From assembly GCA_965207695.1 (NCBI GenBank), contig CBDBNA010000012.1:20191-84190 (forward strand): a stretch of DNA of 64,000 nucleotides, given 5' to 3'. The position numbers and the translations under genes are program-made. Positions 56,315-64,000 of the stretch are shown piece by piece; the stretch's first letter is position 1; each line of letters opens with the position of its first letter. The notes beneath the pieces are model-generated. The model did no database searches. It was given only the letters and a program-made list of their open reading frames with translations, and was not told the origin of the DNA. This DNA is from Dehalococcoidia bacterium (GTDB lineage: Bacteria; Chloroflexota; Dehalococcoidia; Bin125).

Positions 56315-56590
56315 ATGACAGCGCCCACGCGCCGGCCGCGCGAGGAGACGGCCCGCCTCGGAGATGAAATCTACGAGCGGGACATCAGGCCGCAGGTCGA
56401 AGACGAGCACGATGGGGAGTACGTCGCCATCGACGTGGATAGCCGGGACTGGGCGGTCTCCGACGACCTTCTGGCCGCGGCGAAGCGCCTCCGGGAGATG
56501 CGCCCGGAGGCGGTCGACGTCTGGACCGTGCGGGTTGGGTACCGCGCGACAGCCAGCATTGGGGGCGGATCCCCGCGGAGAACCCGGTGA
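56315..56590 (+). CDS. small DUF5678-like protein (partner of retropepsin-like protease)
   Basis: 91 aa, reading ..LGDEIYERDIRPQVEDEHDGEYVAIDVDSRDWAVSDDLLAAAKRLREMRPEAVDVWTVRVG. This pattern matches small proteins that, in my recollection, sit upstream of bacterial clan-AA aspartic proteases. It overlaps the next gene by 4 nt (GTGA). Confidence 0.45.
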   Translation: MTAPTRRPREETARLGDEIYERDIRPQVEDEHDGEYVAIDVDSRDWAVSDDLLAAAKRLREMRPEAVDVWTVRVGYRATASIGGGSPRRTR

Positions 56591-56958
56591 TCACAGGTAG
56601 CGTGAACGCCAACTATGAAGCCGTCATAACCGTCCCGGTGCGTGGCCCGGAAGGCCAGACCCGGCAAGTGGAGGCCGTGGTAGACACAGGTTTCAACCGC
56701 TTTCTCATCTTGCCTCCAGCACTGGTGACGGAGTTGGGGCTTCCCTTCGTGACCAGTAGTCCAGTGATCCTGGCCGACGGCAGCGAGGAGTCCTTCGACG
56801 TTCACGATGTGTCGGTGATATGGGACGGTCAGCCCAGAGATGTCTACGCCTACGTAGCCGACGCCACGCCCCTCGTGGGCATGTCCCTGCTCGACATGCA
56901 TGACCTGAGCATCCAGGTGCGGGACGGCGGACGCGTCGTCATCCAGCCGATGGCATGA
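56587..56958 (+). CDS. retropepsin-like (clan AA) aspartic protease
   Basis: 123 aa. VVDTGFNRFLILP contains the D-T/S-G catalytic motif, and the ~120-aa size fits a single pepsin-like half domain that dimerises. Confidence 0.6.
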   Translation: MITGSVNANYEAVITVPVRGPEGQTRQVEAVVDTGFNRFLILPPALVTELGLPFVTSSPVILADGSEESFDVHDVSVIWDGQPRDVYAYVADATPLVGMSLLDMHDLSIQVRDGGRVVIQPMA

Positions 56959-56989
56959 ACCGGGCCGGGCACAGGGACGGGGACGTCGC

Positions 56990-58311
56990 TTGGACGTGCA
57001 GCGGCAGGATGGCCGCGGACCGGACCAGCACGCACGCACGGTCCTGATCGCCGACGACCTCACCGGCGCGCTGGACTGCGCCGCCGCCTTCGCGGGCCGG
57101 GGCGTGTCGTCGTTCGTGTCGGTGGGCCGCGACATCGCCGGGCCGCCGCGGGCGGGCGTCGTGTCGGTGAACCTCGACACGCGCCGGCTGCCCGCACGCG
57201 AGGCGGCGGCCGTGGTCGCGCGCACGGTCGCCGGCGCGCGCAGCGCCGACCGGCTCCGGTACGTCAAGATCGATTCGACGTTGCGCGGGCACCCGGGCGC
57301 CGAGATCGGCGCGGCGGCAGAGGCGTCGGGAGCCGCGCTGGTCGTCGTCACCCCCGCCTTCCCCGCGACGGGGCGGACGGTGGAAGAGGGCCGCCTCTTG
57401 GTGCACGGCGTCCCGCTGGCGGAGACCGAGGTCGGCCGGGACCCCCTGAGCCCCGTCGCGACCAGCCTCGTGTCCGAGGTCCTGCGGCGGGACTGCCGGC
57501 TGCCGCTGCGCACCTGCCCCCTGGACGACATCCGCTCCCGGCGCCTGCGGGACACGCTCGCCGCCGTGATGGGGCCGGCCGGGGCGCAAGGGCCCTCGCT
57601 GCTGGTGTGCGATGCGACCACCGACGCCGACCTCGACAGGCTGGTCGCGGGCGCGCTGCAGTGCGAGCGCCCGGCCGCCCCGATCCTGTTCGCCGGATCG
57701 GCCGGCCTGGCATCGGCCCTGGCGCGGGCGACGTCGCGCGGCGACGCCCCTGCCGCCGGGACGCCGACGGCCGCGCCGCCGGTTCTCCTGGTCAGCGCGA
57801 GTCAGCGCGCGCTGGCCGGCCGCCAGATCGCGCAGCTCGCCGAGCGGCGCCTGGCCGAGGTCCACGCGCTGCGCTTCCGCATCGACGGGAGCGGGCGGCC
57901 GATCCGCGCGCACTTCGATCGGCAGGCTGCCTCCGAGGCGCTCGCGGCGCGCCGCGGCGTCGCACTGCAGACCGATACGGAGGGCGGCGCCCCATCGCCG
58001 GCGGAAACCCGGACCACCGCCGACGCGATCACCCAAGAACTCGCGGCGATCGTCGCCGGGCTCGCTGCCGAGCACCCGATCGGCGGCCTGGTTCTGGTGG
58101 GCGGAGACACGGCCCGCGCGGTCCTGTCGGCGATCGAGGCCGCTGGTATCGTGCTCGCGGGCGAAGTCGAGCCGGGGACGCCGGTGGGCGCGATCGCCGG
58201 GGGGCCGCTCGACGGCGTCACCATCGCGACCAAGGCCGGCGCGTTCGGCGACGACGGCACGCTCGTGCGACTGTTCCACCGGCTCAATCCGCACCCGGAA
58301 GGCACGCCTGC

Positions 58312-58315
<4 letters not shown>
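56990..58315 (+). CDS. four-carbon acid-sugar kinase family protein (DUF1537/DUF4392; OtnK/DtnK-like)
   Basis: 441 aa. The N-terminal VLIADDLTGALD motif and the C-terminal nucleotide-binding half (LVLVGGDTARAVL..ATKAGAFG) are present. Confidence 0.75.
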
Positions 58316-59325
<1,010 letters not shown>

Positions 59326-59338
59326 GCGGCGAGCGGCG

Positions 59339-59971
59339 CTACTTCGGCGCAGCCGTCGTGCGCAGGTAGGGCCGGTGGGTCGTGAAGCCGGCCGGGAACA
59401 GCTCCTTCGCCTCGTCATCGGGGACGGTCGGCAGGATCACGACGTCCTCGCCCTGCTGCCAGTCGGCCGGCGTCGCCACCTTGCGGTAGGTGGTGAGCTG
59501 CAGGGAGTCGATGACGCGCAGGATCTCCGCGAAGTTGCGGCCCGCCGAGGGCGGGTAGGTCAGCGTCAGCCGCAGCTTCTTGCCCGGATCGACGATGAAG
59601 ACCGAGCGCACGGGCGTCTTGTCGTCCGAGTTGGGGTGGATCATGTCGTACATCTCGGCCACGCTGCGGTCGCCGTCGGCGATGATCGGGAAGTTCACCG
59701 TCGTGTTCTGGGTGTCGTTGATGTCCTTCACCCACTCGCTGTGGCTCTCGATCGGGTCGACGCTCAGCCCCACGACCTTCACGTTGCGCTTCTCGAACTC
59801 CGGCTTCAGCTTCGCGACGGCCCCCAGCTCCGTCGTGCAGACGGGCGTGAAGTCGGCCGGGTGCGAGAAGAGGACGCCCCAACTCTCGCCCAGGAAGTCG
59901 TGGAAGCTGATCGATCCCTCCGTGGTCTGGGCCTGGAAGTCGGGCACGGTGTCGCCAAGTCGCAGTGTCAT
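59339..59971 (-). CDS. peroxiredoxin (1-Cys Prx6-type)
   Basis: The start is the internal Met (MTLRLGDTVPDFQAQTTEGSISFHDF..). The Prx active site HPADFTPVCTTE is present and there is no resolving Cys in the C-terminal region. Confidence 0.85.
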   Translation of the reverse strand: MTLRLGDTVPDFQAQTTEGSISFHDFLGESWGVLFSHPADFTPVCTTELGAVAKLKPEFEKRNVKVVGLSVDPIESHSEWVKDINDTQNTTVNFPIIADGDRSVAEMYDMIHPNSDDKTPVRSVFIVDPGKKLRLTLTYPPSAGRNFAEILRVIDSLQLTTYRKVATPADWQQGEDVVILPTVPDDEAKELFPAGFTTHRPYLRTTAAPK

Positions 59972-60111
59972 GATGCTCTCCTCATCGCCGACGCCGGTCG
60001 CGCGCCGGATGCTGCGGGTCTTATGGTGCGATACTGGCAAACGGACGGCCGTTTGCCAACCGTTTGCCCTCCGCGCTGGGAGGCGGAGATAACAGGGAGA
60101 GGATCGCCGAC

Positions 60112-61284
60112 ATGCCACACCCCGTCGCCGCGCTGGACCGCCTCGGCACCGAGACCGCCTTCGAGGTGCTGGCGCGCGCGCAGCAACTCAGCGCCCAGGG
60201 CCGCGACATCATCAACCTGGGCATCGGCCAGCCCGACTTCCGCACGCCGGCGCACATCGTCGAGGCGGCGAAGCAGGCGCTCGACGACGGCCACCACGGC
60301 TACACGCCCGCCGCCGGCCTGCCGGCCCTGCGCGAGGCGGTGGCGCAGGACCTGACGTCGCGGCACGAGGCCGAGGTCGACCCCGGGTCGGTGCTGATCA
60401 CGCCGGGAGCGAAGCCGATCATGTACTTCGCGATCCTGCTGTTCGGCGAGCCGGGGGCGGAGATCATGTACCCGAACCCCGGCTTCCCGATCTACGAGTC
60501 GGTGATCGCCTACTCCGGCGCGACGCCGGTCCCCATCGAGTTGCACGAGAGCGCGGGCTTCTCCTTCGACGCCGAGCAGGTGCTGGCCAGCGTGACGGAC
60601 CGCACGCGGCTGTTGATCCTCAACAGCCCGGCCAACCCCACCGGCGGCGTGGTGCCGGCGGAGCAGATCGAGAGGCTGCTCGACGGGCTGGCCGCCTTCC
60701 CCGACGTGACGATCCTCAGCGACGAGATCTACAGCCGCATCCTCTACGGCGAGCGCACGCACGTGAGCCTGCTGCGCTATCCCGAGATCCGCGACCGCCT
60801 GATCGTGATCGACGGCTGGAGCAAGACCTACGCCATGACCGGCTGGCGGCTGGGCTACGGCATCTGGCCGGCGAACCTGTTCCCGCACGCCGAGCGGCTG
60901 GCGGTGAACTCCTACTCCTGCCCCAGCGCCGTCGCGCAGCACGCGGGGCTGGCGGCGCTGCAGGGCCCGCAGGACGCCGTCGGGGAGATGCGGCAGGCCT
61001 TCGACGAGCGGCGCCGGATCATCGTGGCCGGGCTCAATTCGCTGCCGGGCATCCGCTGCGCCGACCCGGGCGGCGCGTTCTACGTCTTCCCCAACATCGA
61101 GGGGACGGGCATGGACGCGGGCGCCCTGCAGCGGCGGCTGATGGAGGAGGCGGGCGTCGCCGTCGTGGCGGGGACGAGCTTCGGGCGGCTGGGCGAGGGC
61201 TACCTGCGCTTCTCCTACGCCAACAGCGCCGAGAACATCCGCGCCGCCATCGAGCGCATCCGGAGCCTGCTGGGCGCGGAGTAG
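60112..61284 (+). CDS. PLP-dependent aminotransferase, class I (aspartate/aromatic aminotransferase family)
   Basis: 390 aa with NLGIGQPDF, a Schiff-base Lys in DGWSKTYAMTGWRLGY, and NSPANPTG. Confidence 0.85.
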   Translation: MPHPVAALDRLGTETAFEVLARAQQLSAQGRDIINLGIGQPDFRTPAHIVEAAKQALDDGHHGYTPAAGLPALREAVAQDLTSRHEAEVDPGSVLITPGAKPIMYFAILLFGEPGAEIMYPNPGFPIYESVIAYSGATPVPIELHESAGFSFDAEQVLASVTDRTRLLILNSPANPTGGVVPAEQIERLLDGLAAFPDVTILSDEIYSRILYGERTHVSLLRYPEIRDRLIVIDGWSKTYAMTGWRLGYGIWPANLFPHAERLAVNSYSCPSAVAQHAGLAALQGPQDAVGEMRQAFDERRRIIVAGLNSLPGIRCADPGGAFYVFPNIEGTGMDAGALQRRLMEEAGVAVVAGTSFGRLGEGYLRFSYANSAENIRAAIERIRSLLGAE

Positions 61285-61296
61285 GCGCCGGCGCCC

Positions 61297-62328
61297 TCAG
61301 GCCGTCGCGCCCGGCTCGACCGCGTGCAGGGCGGGCAGCAGTTCGTCGGAGATCAGGCGCATGCTGTCGAGCGCCGTCTCGGCGGGCATCCCGGCCCAGT
61401 GGGTGCGCAGCACGAGGTGATCGACGCCGAACTCCTCCCAGTAGGGACGCAACTGCTCGAAGCATTCCTCCGGTGAGCCCAGTACGAAGCGATCACGCAG
61501 CAGGTCGGCGAACTCCTGGTCGAAGGTCTCGTCCTGGGGCATGGCCTCGTCCTGGCCCCAGCGCGCGTAGTCGGCGTACTTGCCGCGCAGGAAAGGCCCG
61601 GCCTGCTCCAGCGCGGCGGCGCGATCTTGGGCGCAGAAGACCTCCTTGATGGCGGGAAGCTCGCGCGGGGGCGGCTTGCCGCGACGGGCCAATTCGTCGC
61701 GATAGATGGCCAGCTGGCGGCGGATCGTCTCGACCGTCGAATGGGGGTTGATGAACCAGGCGTCGCCGAGGCGCGCGGCGCGCCGGATCGCCGGGTCGTT
61801 GTTGGCGGCGATCCAGATCGGTGGCCGCGGCCGCTGCACGGGCCGGATGTTCATGCGCACGCCGTCGAGCCGGCAGGTCTCGCCGTCGTGGCTGACGGAA
61901 TCCTCCGTCCACAGCCGCTGCACGAGCGCCAGGTACTCCTCGAAGCGCGCGGCGCGGACGCCCCGCGGCACGTCGAAGGCGTCGAACTCGACGTCGCGGT
62001 AGCCCAGACCGACGCCGAAGATCAGCCTGCCTCCCGAGATCACGTCGAGCGTGGCGACCGTTTCGGCGACGTAGACCGGGTTGTGCAGGTTGAGCAGCAG
62101 GACGCCGAGGCCTACGCGCATGTCGCCCGCCTCCGGCATCAGCCGGGCGAGGAACGGGACCAGCTGCAGCTGCTGGTTGTCGCCCTCGTTGAGGTAGTGC
62201 TGGCCCGAGAACAGCGAGTCCCAGCCGCGGTCGCGGGCGAGCCGCGCCATCGCGATCTGCTCGTCCAGCGCCGCGACCATGTCGACGTCGAGGCGCTGCT
62301 GATTGGTGAGGAAGAGTCCGACCTTCAT
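61297..62328 (-). CDS. LLM-class F420-dependent (luciferase-like) oxidoreductase
   Basis: The start is the internal Met (MKVGLFLTNQQ..). Contains WDSLFSGQHY..LLLNLHNPVYVAETVATLDVISGGRLIFGVGLGY. Confidence 0.85.
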   Translation of the reverse strand: MKVGLFLTNQQRLDVDMVAALDEQIAMARLARDRGWDSLFSGQHYLNEGDNQQLQLVPFLARLMPEAGDMRVGLGVLLLNLHNPVYVAETVATLDVISGGRLIFGVGLGYRDVEFDAFDVPRGVRAARFEEYLALVQRLWTEDSVSHDGETCRLDGVRMNIRPVQRPRPPIWIAANNDPAIRRAARLGDAWFINPHSTVETIRRQLAIYRDELARRGKPPPRELPAIKEVFCAQDRAAALEQAGPFLRGKYADYARWGQDEAMPQDETFDQEFADLLRDRFVLGSPEECFEQLRPYWEEFGVDHLVLRTHWAGMPAETALDSMRLISDELLPALHAVEPGATA

Positions 62329-62356
62329 CGCCCGCACTCCAGGGCGGCCGCCGCGG

Positions 62357-63760
62357 CTAGACGCGCCGGCCGTGGATGGTCGCCGTGCCGAGGCCGGTCG
62401 CCTCGGCCAACTCCAGGGTGACCTCGTCGCCATCGAAGCGAAGCGACACCTGCCATCGATTGATGCTGCCGATCTCGTCCCAGTCGAGGGAGAAGACATC
62501 CCCGGTCTGCCAGCCGCCGCGGCAGGCGGCGCGGAGGCCGATCCGGCCGGCGGCGGTGTAGCGCGGCACGTTGTCGAGGCCGATGCGCAACTCCCACGCG
62601 CCCTGGCCGGAGATCCGCAGGCGGGCCTCGTCCTCCCCGGCCTGCGCCAGCGAGAGGGCGCGCAGGCCGAAGTCGTTGGCGTCGAGGCGGTACTCCCGGC
62701 CTTCGACATCGTGGGCGAGGGCGGGGATTGGACCGGGCGGGCGAGGATCGTCGCGGGGCCGCCGGGCCGCCTCCGCCGCCGCGTGCAGCCGCTCGACGCC
62801 GGCCGGGTTGGGAGGGAGGGGACCGTCGGCGTGCAGCGCAGGGCGCAGATGCGCGTCGACCAACTCGTCGCGGACGGCCCACTGCTCCGACGCGAGGCCG
62901 GCCGTCAGCACGACGACGGCGTCGAGCGCCGGCGCCACGATGATCTGCTGGCCGCCGCGGCCGATGGCGGCGTAGACCTCGGGCGATTCCAACCACCAGC
63001 CGTAGCCGTAGCCGTAGCGCCCGGGCGGGGTCGCGTGCTTGCGCGTCGCGGCGCCAACCCACTCGGGCGAGACGACCTGCCGGCCGTTCCAGCGGCCGCG
63101 CTGCAGGAAGAGCGCGCCGATCTTGGCCATGTCGTGGGGCGTGAGGTGCAGATCGCCCCAGCCGGTCGTGACGCCCTGGGGGCTCGGCGGCCACACCACT
63201 TCCTCAATGCCGAGCGGCCCGAAAAGGGTCTCGCGCGCGAAGTCGAGCGCCGTGCGCCCGGTCGCCTCCTGGAGGATGACGGAGAGCAGGTACGTCGCCG
63301 GGCTGCAGTACTCGAAGCGGGCGCCCGGATCCTCGACCATCGGCAGGTCGAGCACGAACTGCGCCCAGTCGTCGCTGCGGCGCATCTCCTGCAGCGTGAT
63401 CTCGCCGGGGTCCTGGTAGCAGGCGAGGCCGGTGGACATGCTGAGCAGGTGGGCGAGCGTCAGGCCGCGCTTGCGCTCATCCACGTTCGCGACGGGGCGG
63501 CCGGGCAGGAGGTCGAGTACGGGCTGATCGACGCCCGCGATATGCCCCCGGTCGATGGCGATGCCGACCAGGGTCGAGGTCACGCTCTTCGTACAGGAGG
63601 CGAGGTCGTGCAGGCCGCCGGCGAAGGGGTGGAAGGTCACGTCGGCGGCGACGCGGCCGTGCCGCAGCACGAGCAGGCTGTGGATCGGCAGCCCGATCTC
63701 CACGACGCGCCGGCACAGCGTCGCCAGTTGACCCGAGTCCACGCCGATCGTCTCCGGCAC
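62357..63760 (-). CDS. beta-lactamase-fold serine hydrolase with C-terminal extra domain
   Basis: 467 aa. An S-x-x-K motif (ASCTKSVTS), a YSP-type second motif (YCSPATY) and WGDLH are followed by a ~150-aa C-terminal beta-rich domain. Confidence 0.75.
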   Translation of the reverse strand: MPETIGVDSGQLATLCRRVVEIGLPIHSLLVLRHGRVAADVTFHPFAGGLHDLASCTKSVTSTLVGIAIDRGHIAGVDQPVLDLLPGRPVANVDERKRGLTLAHLLSMSTGLACYQDPGEITLQEMRRSDDWAQFVLDLPMVEDPGARFEYCSPATYLLSVILQEATGRTALDFARETLFGPLGIEEVVWPPSPQGVTTGWGDLHLTPHDMAKIGALFLQRGRWNGRQVVSPEWVGAATRKHATPPGRYGYGYGWWLESPEVYAAIGRGGQQIIVAPALDAVVVLTAGLASEQWAVRDELVDAHLRPALHADGPLPPNPAGVERLHAAAEAARRPRDDPRPPGPIPALAHDVEGREYRLDANDFGLRALSLAQAGEDEARLRISGQGAWELRIGLDNVPRYTAAGRIGLRAACRGGWQTGDVFSLDWDEIGSINRWQVSLRFDGDEVTLELAEATGLGTATIHGRRV

Positions 63761-64000
63761 GGCGGCCGGCCAGGGACGGTCGGTGGGTAGGTCGGAAGGG
63801 ATGGTCAGGGCGTCGCTCCCCTCGATTCGCGGCCGGGGCGGGGCAGCCCGATACTAGGTCAGCGGGCGGCTGCGCGGGCCGCGTCCGGGCCGGCCGGCGA
63901 TCCGCACTCCGGAAGGAGGTCCCCGTGACGCGCGTGCAACGGCTGCTCGACCGGCCGATCATCGGACCGGACCTCGACCCGAGCATCGGCCGCAACATCC

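Noticed and set aside
63900-63998. Possible start of a + strand gene (..VTRVQRLLDRPIIGPDLDPSIGRNI) at the window end
   Set aside because: Only about 30 codons are visible, which is insufficient to call.

Overview
The window is about 70% GC, which makes the six-frame ORF track full of long spurious antisense ORFs. It looks like a high-GC Actinobacteria or Chloroflexi chromosome segment with accessory, catabolic-island character, judged from the many F420-type LLM oxidoreductases, a tungsten aldehyde oxidoreductase and long-linker lipoproteins. I call about 55 genes. They are dominated by paralogous oxidoreductase and CoA-activation families: six family-III CoA-transferase genes (one a fused double-domain protein), four luciferase-like (LLM) oxidoreductases, three Zn-alcohol dehydrogenases (two in tandem duplication), three SDRs, two crotonases, two enolase-superfamily (MR/MLE) enzymes, two PhyH dioxygenases and one TauD dioxygenase, several alpha/beta hydrolases and two beta-lactamase-fold serine hydrolases. 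Also present are a flavin-dependent-halogenase-like protein, a fluoroacetate-dehalogenase-like hydrolase, an amidase and a tungsten-type aldehyde:ferredoxin oxidoreductase with a divergent MoaD/ThiS-like gene. There is an ABC oligopeptide-type uptake operon (substrate-binding protein plus two permeases, no ATPase) followed by a membrane desaturase, and tandem MFS (DHA2) exporter paralogs, one of them frameshifted. Two hicAB-type toxin-antitoxin pairs, a DUF5678-like plus retropepsin-like protease pair, an OtnK/PdxA2 acid-sugar kinase-dehydrogenase pair, a 1-Cys peroxiredoxin and an aminotransferase complete the set. No rRNA, tRNA or CRISPR was seen. The most striking item is an OsmC/Ohr-family peroxiredoxin gene (13590..14060, minus strand) whose in-frame TGA falls exactly on the conserved catalytic cysteine and is followed 10 nt later by a GC-rich hairpin. 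That makes it a candidate selenocysteine-containing OsmC, with a pseudogene or sequencing error as the alternative. Other notable structure includes a roughly 13-copy 22-bp tandem repeat array and a family of clustered palindromic REP-like hairpin elements (core ccctctcc..ggagaggg) at four loci, one of them between the substrate-binding-protein gene and the permease genes. Two lipoproteins carry 130 to 240-aa Ala/Glu/Asp-rich low-complexity stalks. A CTAGACT motif recurs upstream of several oxidoreductase genes, and there are segmental duplications of ADH and MFS genes including their leaders. All start coordinates I placed by hand are approximate (plus or minus a few nt).
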